Position numbers and translations under genes: made by a program. The notes below the pieces were generated by a model. That model did not search any database. It was not told where the DNA came from and saw only the letters and a program-made list of their open reading frames with translations. A stretch of 63,575 nt of DNA, filler included, from Reticulomyxa filosa (taxonomy: Eukaryota; Protista; Foraminifera), in assembly GCA_000512085.1 (NCBI GenBank). It is 17 parts of 17 records of this genome, joined end to end, with 100 filler letters (N's around TTAATTAATTAA, not from the genome) between each part and the next. Parts side by side here need not be neighbours in the genome. Positions count along the whole stretch, not along the records: positions 49,539 to 54,263 come from ASPP01041051.1; positions 54,364 to 55,450 come from ASPP01041177.1; positions 55,551 to 56,560 come from ASPP01021189.1; positions 56,661 to 58,226 come from ASPP01012084.1; positions 58,327 to 59,579 come from ASPP01049358.1; positions 59,680 to 62,471 come from ASPP01031099.1; positions 62,572 to 63,575 come from ASPP01046496.1; 10 more parts are not named here. One strand, given 5' to 3'. This document shows, piece after piece, positions 51,421-62,706 of this stretch; the stretch's first letter is position 1; each line of letters opens with the position of its first letter.

Positions 51421-53455
51421 GGCAAAAAATGGAACATAAAGTAATTAATTTCAACTAAACTTTAAGTCATATTTTTATTTATTTTTTATTTTTATTGTAC
51501 TTTTTTTTTGTTGAATGTAAATTTTTAACGTATAAAAATAAAAACAAGAAGAACTTATGAAAAATAAAAAACTGATTAATAAATTTAAGTCATTTAAATT
51601 GTAAAATGTTACTTGCATATACACGTATAGTGTGGTTTGACAATGAAAACGAAATGTTTTCAACATAAAAGTTTATAATTTATTGAAAATTGTTTCATTT
51701 GATCATTGAATGCTTAATATTGTACGCATACTAAAGTATTCAAGCAAACCTGAGCATGTGAATTAAGAAAAAGTAAAAAAAAGAAATTTTGAAAATATTT
51801 CAATTAGAGGAAAAAGAAATTAACAAAAAAACAAGAAGTACATTTTGATCAAAAAATATAGAAGACTAAATAATCTGCGATTTTTCATTTTTTATATAAA
51901 CTGATTTTTGTGCGATTTTTGCACAAAACATACGCAATGAAATTAAATAAATTATTTATTGAAGAAAATATTTTATTAGAAATTAAATAAAAATTCAAAA
52001 ATATTTATTTCGAAAAAATATTTTGTGTGTTATTTTTTTTTATTTATGTTTTTATACAAGCAGGAAAATTTATTCATCTTTAGGAACCTTTTCAAATAAA
52101 AAAACTAAGACGAAATTTTGTCTAAGTGTTGTATTTTGTACTATTCACAAATTTTTTGCAAATAGCTCAATGTAATTTCTATAACATCATGTATATTTTC
52201 ATAACACTTGCACGATATTTCGCAAGCAAAGATTCAATTTTTTTTCACTCACATACTGACAGTAATATTCCAACTTGTCTTGAACTCTTTTCCACTCCAA
52301 CAAATACGACTTAATGATCTGTCTCAATCACTATATAAAAAGATTTTAGACAAAATCAAAAGTTCACTTAAAACAAAAAAAAAAAGAAATGTTTGAATTT
52401 TTTTACTTATACAGTTGTCTATTGCAACATTTTTTCTTCTTTTTTTCTCCTAATTTCTGTCCAATAAGATACAAAGGACACAATTCATCAAAATGACTCG
52501 TTGCGCAGATCTTGTATATTTGATTAGTCGTTTACTGTTGTTGTTTTTTCTAAGTAAGTTATTTTTTTAAATAAAATGTAATAATATTTTTATATACCTT
52601 TTGATAATGATGTCAGTTCAAATAATTTTTGGTGCTTCTTCCCGTGCTAGTAAATATCCCAATGATCTTTCCATATAATATATTATTTTATGATTGTGAA
52701 AAAAAATACAACTTTTCATATCGCCCTTTTTTTCTACTTTCATTAATTCTTCCACATATTTACTATCTATTTCTCAATTTTTTTTTTACATTTTTTTTAA
52801 AAAGCAATAAACACCAACACATACATAACATCCACAGGACGAAAAAGCAGAAAAAATGAAAAGATATTAAAACGAAGTGATACAGTTGCTCCTTTGACGA
52901 ACGCAGTCACACAAATTGCCTAATATTATGTACATGCGACAGAGCTGGGATATTAATTGCATATCCGAGAAATGTAGAAAAATGAGAATTTTAACATAAA
53001 TGTTTACACTATATTGAAATCGGGATCATTTGAAAATGCAATGGTGGACTTTTGCGTATTGCAAAGTACGCAAGTACATTAAGTAAATGAAGAAGAATTG
53101 AAAAAAGAAAATGAAAAAAAAAATGCCAAAAAAGATGATATATAAAAGGATAAGTGAATAAATGATATTAAATGAAAAAGATGATGTAAATTAGAATAGT
53201 AAGTAAAAAAAGAACATAAAACAAAGAGAATAATATCACGTCGGTGAATGAAACAGAATAATGTCACAAAAAATAAATAATTAAGATATAAAACAAAAAC
53301 CAACAAAATATAAATAATAAATAATCTAAAAAATATATAAACACCAAAACAAGGAAAATATTGATAAAAAAATAATTAAAGAAAATTAGCAAATTTTTTT
53401 CGAAAAACTAAAATAAAATAATATTCAAAAACTACACGATTCGCAGATAATTAAT

Positions 53456-53506
53456 CATCTTCATAAAGTGTCATTTTAGGTTCGACTTTCTTTTTATTCT
53501 ACTGTA
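53456..53506 (+). repeat. Dispersed ~50-bp repeat, copy 3
   Basis: CATCTTCATAAAGTGTCATTTTAGGTTCGACTTTC...TTCTACTGTA. Confidence 0.7.
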
Positions 53507-55010
53507 TTTAATTTTTTAAAAATTTGAAGTATGTACTAAATTTTGGTTTAAATACAGAATCGATTAATGTAGAGTTTGTTGATGAAAAAAATGGACAAAT
53601 TTAGGATATTGTAGAAACATGAAAATTGCTATTAAAGATTTGCAGAAATTAACAGCAGTTTTGAGCGTACTATGGGGATTTTTAGCAAATGATTGAAAAA
53701 AAAACAAAAAATATAGAAGTTAGGATAGCAGCATAATATATTCTAGAGGTAATGAGTAAAGAAAGTACTCAAGTTGCAGCGAACTGCAGTATATTAGGAT
53801 GTACGTGGTGAGTCTGCAATATATGTAGACATTTTTTGAGGTCTGATACCAATGCAAATGGATCTGATCCGGTAAATACCTTCCTTATTGCCGACTACAA
53901 AGTTCCAGGAAAACTATAATCTTTTGGACAAATCAGTAATGTTTTGCAAAATAAAAAAAAATGATCAGTTAATAACATATTCTATGCATATTTTTTAAGT
54001 AAACTTTATAATCAAACACTTTCAAAAATAATGATCGACAAAGCATTAATTTGCAAAATGATACTAAGCGCCAACATACTGTCTGATGATCAAAAATACA
54101 ATATTCAACATAACATCTAAACAAAAATGCAATGTCTTGAAAAGTAAGCATTAAATCGATCTCAACGCGATAAAAAATATAAAAAAAAGAAAATAAAAAA
54201 AAATTATACAAACAAAAAATATATTCAAAACATTAATCAAAACTTCAAAATACAAAAAAAAATNNNNNNNNNNNNNNNNNNNNNNNNNNNNNNNNNNNNN
54301 NNNNNNNTTAATTAATTAANNNNNNNNNNNNNNNNNNNNNNNNNNNNNNNNNNNNNNNNNNNNCATTTCAATCAATTATTGAAAGAAGTAATATCCATAA
54401 AAAGTGCTTTTATTGTATCTACAAAGGTTTTTTCCCATCTTTGAAACAAGAGACTACGTGTGCACGTCGTTCCCCTCTTTTTTTTTTTTCATGTATGTAA
54501 ACAAAGCAAAAAAATAAAGCAGATTGTAGTGATCCTCGAAGTACTATGGTATTTATTAAAAGCGGAGAACGTTAAACCACACTCAAAACTTACTTTTTTT
54601 TTTTAAAAAAAACATCACGATTCATATTCTTCTCTTCCCCCTCCACATTTGTCTTGCACATTCAAATATTTACAGAATTAAAAAACAAGACCAACTCATA
54701 ATTGTCCCCTTTTTTTTGCTGTGTTTTCTTTCTCAGGATCGATTGATTGTTCGGATATGAATCTAACACAAGCATATCCTGGTATATCTTATACGTTTGA
54801 GGAAAAAAAAAAAGGATTTAAACTTTTTTCTTTTCAAAGAACTTTGTTCAACTCTAAATACAACATTCAATATAAATAATGAAAGGTTTTATGAAGGATG
54901 ATGATAATGATGATACAATCCGAACCAAAGTATTTTTTTTCTTATTTTCCAAATTACAATTGATTATTGATATTTTTTTTTGTTTGCCGCGATATAATTA
55001 CAATTTTTAG

Positions 55011-55450
55011 GTGATGATGAGCAAAGATGGTTGCTATAGTGTAACCATGAACATAACAAAAGAAAATTGTATACGTGATGCAGATGTGAGAGATTGGAGT
55101 GTGGGCGGAGTAATTTGTTACAAGTTGCCAGTATTCTTCGAAGGCAATGCAATGACATTATTTACAAACAATTGGAGCATGACGAATATGAATGAGAGAC
55201 CACATGATGATGTCAATGTCGTGTGGATAAACAAAAGAGACGAAGCAAAGACAAATGGATTTGTATTTGTAGGTAGAATGAACGCTCGTGGAGGAATGCA
55301 AGATAATAAAACAAATAATGAAAGCAATGATACGAAGGGTATTGATAACAATCGATGTGCCAAAGAAATTGAATTATTAATGATTTTTTTTGGTGATATT
55401 ACAAACAAATATGAATTGCAGAGTAAACTGGAAGAATTCAAAGGTGATAT
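55011..55450 (+). CDS. Hypothetical protein fragment
   Basis: Open frame runs from a probable 3' splice site (TTTTAG at ~55010) to the contig end. No family recognised. Confidence 0.3.
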
Positions 55451-56368
55451 NNNNNNNNNNNNNNNNNNNNNNNNNNNNNNNNNNNNNNNNNNNNTTAATT
55501 AATTAANNNNNNNNNNNNNNNNNNNNNNNNNNNNNNNNNNNNNNNNNNNNGTAAAAGATATTTAATGCACAAGGCGTAGATTGGTGTTTCTTTAGATGAT
55601 AGAACAACTCTTGAGATTTGACAATTTGTAAGTAGAGATCATTGCGAAGAGGATTTTTGCAAGATTAACATGATTAAATATACAACCCTTTGTTTTAATT
55701 TTAATCAATTTTATATTATATTTTTGCGCAAAGACATTGACTGTTTAGAATAATTCCAGTTTCTTGATTAGTACAACTGATTTTAGATAGGAAGCATTGG
55801 ACAAGAAACCAGTTTGGAGATATGAATGGTTGCTTTTACATTACTCGAATAAATTTAATTTACAAAAACATTATTTGTACAATGGCTTAAGAAACAACAA
55901 GTTCAATCTGATGAGCAATTGATTGCTCCTATCAAAAAAATATTGTAAAATGGAATTGTGTTCACTTTACTTTCTGCCATTTTTTTTACATTAAATAAAA
56001 TGTTTAGAAGCAAAATATGATGTATCATCCTAAGAAACTTGAAAAAAAATTACTTTAACAGCTTTTAGATTTGAAAATAAGTAATATAATCAAATATTTT
56101 CGAATTCAATTGATTTTATTTATTGATCAAAGAAATTGAATACTTAATTACTCTTCTGTGAAGAATGAATATATTAAATTTCTTTTATGGATAATTTGTG
56201 ATAAAATTTGAATCAGTAAAAAGATTTTATTTTCGAGAGAGACAAAATAAAAATCAAAACCATATTTGTAACAGATTCTCTTCACAAAAAAAAAAGAAGT
56301 TAATAAATTATGTATTATTTTACTTTTATTTTTCATCTGAATTATAATAACAGACATCTACTTTCTTC

Positions 56369-56560
56369 ATGTTTGACACATTTCGTTCATCATCCAAATT
56401 AATCAATACATTCACTGGACATACAAATATTGTGTGGAGTATTGATTATTCAATATTTGATGATTGTCAATTCATTTTTCTGGATCAGGAGATAATACAG
56501 TTCGTGTATGGGATGTTGATAACAACAAACAAATTCGATCATTCAATGGACATTCAAATG
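56369..56560 (+). CDS. WD40-repeat gene or pseudogene fragment
   Basis: LINTFTGHTNIVWSIDYS, then in a shifted frame SGSGDNTVRVWDVDNNKQIRSFNGHSN. Confidence 0.75.
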
Positions 56561-56660
56561 NNNNNNNNNNNNNNNNNNNNNNNNNNNNNNNNNNNNNNNN
56601 NNNNTTAATTAATTAANNNNNNNNNNNNNNNNNNNNNNNNNNNNNNNNNNNNNNNNNNNN

Positions 56661-58226
56661 TCGGCAACCACCGGCGCGGGGATGCCGTGATCGGCATAGG
56701 CGCCGGTGGCGCGGTCGAACCCGGGCGTCAGGATGGTCAGCTTGCACGGGTCGGTCATCGCATAGCCCGGCGCGACATGGCGATAGCCGTGCCAGGCATC
56801 ACCGGGCGCGAACGCCCAGCAGGCGGGGTCGCGCGCCAGGTCGTCGGTCGGCATGTCCTCCCAGGCGACCGGGCCCGACGCGGTCGCGACCTTGTCGGGC
56901 ACGAAGGCATCGAAAAACCACTGGCGACCCTCGTCGGTTTCCTTCTCCTCGTACTCCTTGCGCATCGCCCTGAGCTTCTTGCGGGTCTCGATGCCGAGCC
57001 GGATGGTGTCGTCCCACAGCACCGTGCCCTGGCGGCCCTTCATCATCTGCGCGCCGACGTCGAGCGAGGCGAACAGCGGATAGAACGGCGAGGTCGAGGC
57101 GTGGATCAGGAAGGATTCGTTGAAGCGGCGGTGTTCGACCCGGCGTTCCTGGTCGCGGATATGGCGATCCTTGACGTGGATCTGCGACGACTGCGAGAAG
57201 CTGGCCAGCTGCTTGTGGCTCGACTGCGTCGCAATGATGCCGGGATGGTCGGGCCCCAGCCCTTCGAGGCCCATGGCGAAGCGCCCGCGATACAGCGGGT
57301 GGAACTTCATGAAGCCGGCCCAGGCCTCGTCGAACAGGATATGATCGCAGAGATGGCCGATCTTCTCGATCATCATCTCGGCATTGTTGATCGTGCCGTC
57401 ATAGGTGCATTGCTGGATGACGGCGGCGCGGAACGGTCGCGGGCGCGACCAGGCCTCGGGGTCGGTCACCAGCGGGTTGCGGCGGATCTTCTCGCGGATC
57501 TTTTCCTCGTCCAGCGCTTCCCAGTCGATCGGGCCGATCAGGCCGTGGGCGTTGCGGTCGGTCTCCAGGAAGATCGGCGTGCCCTGGCCCAGCAGCAGCG
57601 CGCCGTGATGGGCGGCCTTGTGGTTGTTGCGGTCGAACAGGACCAGATCGCTTCCGCGACCAGCGCCTGCAGCACGATCTTGTTCGACGACGAGGTGCCG
57701 TTCAGCACGAAATAGGTCTTCTCGGCGCCGAAGATGACGGCGGCTTCCTTCTGCGCCTTCAGCGCCGGGCCCTCATGGACCAGCAGGTCGCCGAGATCGA
57801 GCACCGAATTGTCGAGGTCGTCGCGGAACACCGCCTCGCCCAGATGCTCGACGAAGATCCGGCCGATCGGGCTCCTGTTGTAGAAGATGCCGCCATTGTG
57901 GCCGGGGCAGGTCCAGAGCTGGTTGCCTTCCTCGGCGTAGTCGACCAGTTCGCCGAAGAACGGCGTCTTCAGCGTCTCGGCATATTGCTTGAGACGGCTC
58001 ACCAGGTTCTTGGCGATGAACTCCGGCGTCTCCTCGGAGAGGAAGATGTAGCCGTCGTAAAGTCCATCAGCTCGACCGGGATGTCCTGCAGCCGCTTGCG
58101 GCGCACCAGGATGACGATCGGCATCTCCAGCCCGCGCCGCCGCATCATGTTGATCATCGCGGCGGCCTTGCCGTCGAGACCCTTCTTGCCCCAGTCCACG
58201 ACCATGCAGCCGATGGCGGCGTCCGT
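56661..58226 (-). CDS. Bacterial PLP-dependent ornithine (Orn/Lys/Arg family) decarboxylase, internal fragment with two single-base frameshifts
   Basis: GC-rich, intronless contig. TCPGHNGG, DLGDLLVHEGP, TYFVLNGTSSSNK, LFDRNNHK, TYDG, LFDEAW, TQSSHKQL (PLP lysine) and STSPFYPLFASLD. The frame is restored by adding one base near 58058 and one near 57651. Confidence 0.9.
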
Positions 58227-59679
58227 NNNNNNNNNNNNNNNNNNNNNNNNNNNNNNNNNNNNNNNNNNNNTTAATTAATTAANNNNNNNNNNNNNNNNNN
58301 NNNNNNNNNNNNNNNNNNNNNNNNNNAAAAAAACTGAGTCCCTTTAATTTGTTATTATTTTTAACTCTGGTGGAAGAGCATTCTCCTCCTTTTACAAATG
58401 TCAGATTATCCCAGTCCTCCAGGCCCTCCTCCGGATGTCCTAAAGAAAACGGGGATTGGGACAAATTCATCACAATTTAGTGAAGGAAAAACTGAACACA
58501 ACAATAGCGTTGAGCCAGAATCAAGAAATGAATCTTCTATTGAAAAGGAGAAAATATTGACGATAGAAGAAGCCATTTTTGCATTTTACCAAATATTCCA
58601 ATAATCTCTTTTTCAGTTAGGATGCCTGCTTCTTTTCGCTATAATTGTCAGTCGATGCTGAAAGCGGTGGTAACCGTTTTTCAGGTTTTCCACATATCGC
58701 CTTTCACTATCAGGGTTTTCAAACGATTGGTGATGCAAGTCGAAGGATCCAACCCACACTTTCTAAGGTACACAAAAAGCGCTCAGGGCCAACCTCAATC
58801 AAAAAAATCGACTTTACTGTACTATCTAAATGTTTGAAATTTCTGGCAATTGACAGATGTGTAAGAGCTTTTCTGGTTACATGTTCGACCACTAGCTTCA
58901 AATTATCAGTACATTTGCCTTTCAAAATAGCCTCTTCTTTGCCATAACTTGAACTCACTGGAAACATCATCAGGTAGCTTGATTATTTTGTTTTATTTTT
59001 ACGCCACATTTTTTCAAAAACAAGTAAAAAAACAAAACTCCAATGAAACCATTAGCAGCGGCCCAAAGTATGGCCTTGAGAAGCATAGCAAATTGAAGAA
59101 AAGTTCCAAAATGCGAAGCAGCAAGAAAATGTTCAGAGCTAGATTTGGTTGCATAAGCACAGTCCAATATTTCCATAACCAAATAAAGCAAAAAGATTTG
59201 TGTATTTTCTGGCATATTCTTCCAGTTCCAACTGGCTCATGAAAAGTGTAGTTGCACACAAAGAGCATGCGAGATTTTATCAAGCCAAGTAGCCATTCTG
59301 CATTCAAATTATGGCGATAAGCACTGGGCGCATTTGCAATATGCTTGCTGTATGAAGTTCTTTGATAGTGTGCTTCTCGAATGTCCATTTCCTCACAACA
59401 CAATAGTTTTCACATTCGACAGCCACCAATTCAACCGTATTTTCGCGGGTTCACTATCCTTCACTTTATTGCGAATGCGATACAGTTCCAAGCTAAATGC
59501 GTGCAGTATAATTATCCACAGTTTTTGTGTTTCACTGCATTTCAAGCACTGCAATGCCAAAAACGTTTGTGGCTCTTGTNNNNNNNNNNNNNNNNNNNNN
59601 NNNNNNNNNNNNNNNNNNNNNNNTTAATTAATTAANNNNNNNNNNNNNNNNNNNNNNNNNNNNNNNNNNNNNNNNNNNN

Positions 59680-59842
59680 CGGGGCGATGGATGATCACTT
59701 CCCCGCGCTCTCGCATCGCCGTGCTGCGCGCCGCATCGGCGGCCTGTCCTTGGGTGCCATGCGTTGAGCCTGCTCGCGAAGCTCCCTCTCGACGGGTGGC
59801 CCACCTATCGCCATCGGGAACAACGTGGATGCGCTTGGACAT
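59680..59842 (-). CDS. DUF2188 family small protein (3' truncated)
   Basis: The true start is probably ATG 59842, preceded by the SD GAGAGGAG with 6-nt spacing. MSKRIHVVPDGDRWATRREGASRAGSTHGTQGQAADAAR...GEVIIHRP matches the DUF2188 pattern (HVVP..W.V..EG..RAS..TQ.EA...AR...E..IH). Confidence 0.85.
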
Positions 59843-59988
59843 AATAATCTCCTCTCGTTTGGCTTGCAGTGACAGCGCGAAGGTCGCAGAGCATTGGAGT
59901 GTTGTCAATACAAACAGTGGTATGTGCTTATTAAGCACAATGTTTGCCAGGTTGACATTGATCCCGTCGCAATACAAACTCTGGTATG
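59843..59988. promoter_or_regulatory. Divergent sigma70-type promoters with two operator-like repeats and a perfect palindrome
   Basis: Plus strand: TTGACA(59952-57)-N17-CAAACT(59975-80)-N5-ATG. Minus strand: TTGACA(59908-03)-N17-GACCTT. Repeat CAATACAAAC(AG/TC)TGGTATG at 59906-59924 and 59970-59988. Palindrome TGTGCTTA-T-TAAGCACA at 59923-59939. Confidence 0.7.
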
Positions 59989-60330
59989 GCTGACAAGGTT
60001 ATATACAAGGCGTTTGGCCTAGCGGTCGCTACGCGCCGCAGAGAGTTGAAGCTTACCCAAGCTCACTTAGCTGCCAGAGTGGGTATGTCTCGAGCTTCGA
60101 TCGCGAACATTGAAGGCGGGCGACAGAATGTATTGCTTCATCATGCATATCATCTGGCCGCTGCGCTTAATTTCTCAAAAGTTCACGATCTTTTGCCAGC
60201 GCTTCTCAAATTAACAGCGGAGAACCAAGTGGATACGGACAAAAGCGTTACGGCGCGAGGTAAGGCGGAGATCAGCAGCCTAATTGCCACTGCGCTAGCA
60301 ACGCGTAATCCAGCTAAGAGCGACTCTTGA
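59986..60330 (+). CDS. XRE-family helix-turn-helix transcriptional regulator (CapH/ImmR-like)
   Basis: RRRELKLTQAHLAARVGMSRASIANIEGGRQN is a canonical HTH_3. Its stop overlaps the next start (TTGA). Confidence 0.92.
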   Translation: MADKVIYKAFGLAVATRRRELKLTQAHLAARVGMSRASIANIEGGRQNVLLHHAYHLAAALNFSKVHDLLPALLKLTAENQVDTDKSVTARGKAEISSLIATALATRNPAKSDS

Positions 60331-60860
60331 CCAAAGTGATCAAAGCCAATCCGGAGCACGCTCGCGAAGTGGCGCGATTGGTCCTTCGAGACTTTGGAGC
60401 CAAGAGCGCGCCAGTGCCGGTGGAGCGCATTATCAAGAGCCGAAACATCATCTTGCAATATGCTCCTCTCGGAGAGGGCTTGTCTGGGATGGCTTTTATC
60501 AAAGATGGCGTTGGCATCATTGGAGTTAACGCACTTCATCATCCTAATCGGCAACGCTTCTCGGCAGCGCATGAGCTTGCGCACCACGAGCTTCACCCAG
60601 ATGAAATTCGCGAAGCGGTTCATGTTGACAAGGAATTCCGCGTTTTGCTTCGAGATGATGTTTCATCTCAAGGAATCGATCCTTTAGAAATTGAAGCCAA
60701 CGCCTTTGCCGCGGAGCTGCTGATGCCACAAGAACTTTTGCGTAGCAGCTTGGACGCAGTCGGCCTGGATCTAGAGGATGATGCAGGCGTTGAGGCGCTG
60801 GCCCGTAAATTCCGAGTTAGTACCTCTGCAATGCGCTATCGACTAGCGGGTCGATTTTAG
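60327..60860 (+). CDS. ImmA/IrrE (DUF955) zinc metallopeptidase (CapP-like)
   Basis: LSGM, IIGVN, RQRFSAAHELAH (HExxH), EIEANAFAAELLMP and LARKFRVSTSAMRYRL. Confidence 0.93.
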   Translation: MTKVIKANPEHAREVARLVLRDFGAKSAPVPVERIIKSRNIILQYAPLGEGLSGMAFIKDGVGIIGVNALHHPNRQRFSAAHELAHHELHPDEIREAVHVDKEFRVLLRDDVSSQGIDPLEIEANAFAAELLMPQELLRSSLDAVGLDLEDDAGVEALARKFRVSTSAMRYRLAGRF

Positions 60861-60870
60861 GCCTGTTCCA

Positions 60871-62283
60871 TTGAGCTACGTATTCTTCGACACAGAGACT
60901 ACTGGCCTACAGCGTGGGTTCGATCAAATTGTGCACTTTGCTGCGATCCGAACTGATGCGTCTCTCGCAGAGATAGGTCGATTTGAAGCGCGGGCGCGCC
61001 TTCTTCCGCATGTCGTGCCGCATCCAATTGCTTTGTGCACGAATGGACTGACTATCGGCGAGTTGGTCGATCATCAGCTGCCATCGCATTACGATATGAT
61101 TGGTGAGATCAGACACCAATTGTTGAAATGGTCGCCTGCGATTTTCGTTGGCTATAATTCAATTCGATTCGACGAGGAGATGTTGCGGCAGGCGCTATTT
61201 CAAGCACTGCATCCGCCATATCTGACGAGTAATCACAACAATTGTCGAGCAGATGCCTTGGGCTTGGTGATGGCTGCGGCTCTATTAGAGCCCGGCTGTC
61301 TCACTGTTCCAGTTACCTCGGAGGGTAGGCCGACATTTCGCTTAAGCGAAGTGTTGCAAGCGAATGGCTTTCAATATGGTCAGGCGCATGAGGCGATGGC
61401 TGACACCCTCAGTGTTTTAGAGTTGTGTAGACACGTCTGTGAGAAATCACCGGCTCTCTGGCAGAGATTTGTGCGATTCTCGAAGAAAGCGGCAGTCGCT
61501 GACTTTGTCGAAGCAGAAGACGGTTTTGTTTTTACAGAATTCTTGGCGAATCGAGCCCTGCATTCACTGGTCGTTTGCATCGGGCGAGATCCTCAACAGG
61601 CTAACAACTTTATATGTCTAAACCTGATGATCGATCTGGATCGGCTTGCCGCCCTGTCAGAAGGCGATCTGCAAGCTGAGCTCTCTCAAGACTCCAACTT
61701 GATTCGGCGACTACGAGTTAATGCGTCACCGACAGTTACCCCGCTGTACGAAGCGTCAAGTCAGATGTTCAACGGACGAACATTAGATGAAGTGGAAATC
61801 AGTGCTCGTCGTCTAAAAGAAGATCGACCTCTTTGCGCCCGTATCCTCGCCGCTCACCTGGCCACGAGGAAGGCCTACACTCATTCTCCGCATGTAGAAG
61901 AGCAAATTTACGACCGCTTTATAGACTCTGAAGACGAGCGACGTATGGCAGATTTCCATGACGTGCCTTGGCAAGATCGACTTGCCGTCGTTGAACGCTT
62001 TGACGACGAGCGCCTTAAAATATTTGGCCGCAGACTAATCTACTTCGAGCGTCGTTCCGTTCTGCCAAACGAAGTTCAACTACAGATCGAGCAGACTTTG
62101 ACGGAGCGACTTATTGGCAATGCAGATCGACCTCTAACTCTTGCACGGGCGCTCCACGAGACTAGCTCGTTGCTGCAAGGCGCTGATCTGAAAACGCGGC
62201 AGCTTCTTTCTGATTATAAAGATTACCTTGAGGCTAGAATTGATCGAGTCGTCAAGTTCCGATCCGGTCGTTTCGTTAATTGA
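60871..62283 (+). CDS. sbcB: Exodeoxyribonuclease I (SbcB-like DEDDh 3'-5' ssDNA exonuclease)
   Basis: 470 aa. FFDTETTG, QIVHFAAIRTD, GYNSIRFDEEMLR, GRPTFRL, AHEAMADT and C-terminal VEEQIY. Full-length ExoI size with catalytic residues intact. Confidence 0.85.
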   Translation: MSYVFFDTETTGLQRGFDQIVHFAAIRTDASLAEIGRFEARARLLPHVVPHPIALCTNGLTIGELVDHQLPSHYDMIGEIRHQLLKWSPAIFVGYNSIRFDEEMLRQALFQALHPPYLTSNHNNCRADALGLVMAAALLEPGCLTVPVTSEGRPTFRLSEVLQANGFQYGQAHEAMADTLSVLELCRHVCEKSPALWQRFVRFSKKAAVADFVEAEDGFVFTEFLANRALHSLVVCIGRDPQQANNFICLNLMIDLDRLAALSEGDLQAELSQDSNLIRRLRVNASPTVTPLYEASSQMFNGRTLDEVEISARRLKEDRPLCARILAAHLATRKAYTHSPHVEEQIYDRFIDSEDERRMADFHDVPWQDRLAVVERFDDERLKIFGRRLIYFERRSVLPNEVQLQIEQTLTERLIGNADRPLTLARALHETSSLLQGADLKTRQLLSDYKDYLEARIDRVVKFRSGRFVN

Positions 62284-62706
62284 CACGTTCTTCGGACGGT
62301 CCTTTTCGCTGCTGTATCGTGCTTAAAAGTTGCGGCCGTCAGATTGGTTGCGTTTAGCAAAAAGAAGCGAATCGAGGCTTTCCGCTGATCCGACTTTGAC
62401 GTTTGGTCGGCATCCATCACCCACCCGTGATCCCCCACCCCTGATCCATCCGCCCGCGTGCTACAGTACCANNNNNNNNNNNNNNNNNNNNNNNNNNNNN
62501 NNNNNNNNNNNNNNNTTAATTAATTAANNNNNNNNNNNNNNNNNNNNNNNNNNNNNNNNNNNNNNNNNNNNGTAATTAGTAATAGCATATATGTATATAT
62601 ATATGTACATATATACATATGTATATATATATATTTTTTTTTTTTTTGAAGCTTAATTTGCGGAGTTACTCTATTTGTATTTGTATCTGAAAAAAAAAAA
62701 AAGTAG

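Noticed and set aside
56687-57715. 342-aa plus-strand ORF and other long antisense ORFs (e.g. 2366-2917, 22034-22690, 44570-45004)
   Set aside because: These are shadow frames of real genes, caused by GC-rich codon usage or microsatellites.
57640-58065. Programmed frameshifting or pseudogenisation of the bacterial decarboxylase
   Set aside because: There are two isolated single-base deletions with otherwise intact motifs and no slippery site. Sequencing error in a short contaminant contig is more likely.
58327-59579. Arp3/actin-like relic on the minus strand (IEVGPERFL, PEN...LAAS) or a decayed plus-strand gene
   Set aside because: Only a few residues match and both strands are broken by stops, so no call can be supported without a search.
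59843-59977. Longer N-terminus for DUF2188 as given in the ORF track
   Set aside because: The extension spans the divergent promoter region. The SD and the family motif both point to ATG 59842.
56661-62471. Decarboxylase and HTH/IrrE/ExoI genes as one island or as HGT into the protist
   Set aside because: They are on separate contigs split by linkers and an unrelated AT-rich contig. There is no evidence of linkage.
3247-62571. Recurrent TTAATTAATTAA flanked by Ns as a biological repeat
   Set aside because: It is an identical 100-bp artificial spacer with stops in all six frames. ORFs ending in X-runs are artefacts of it.
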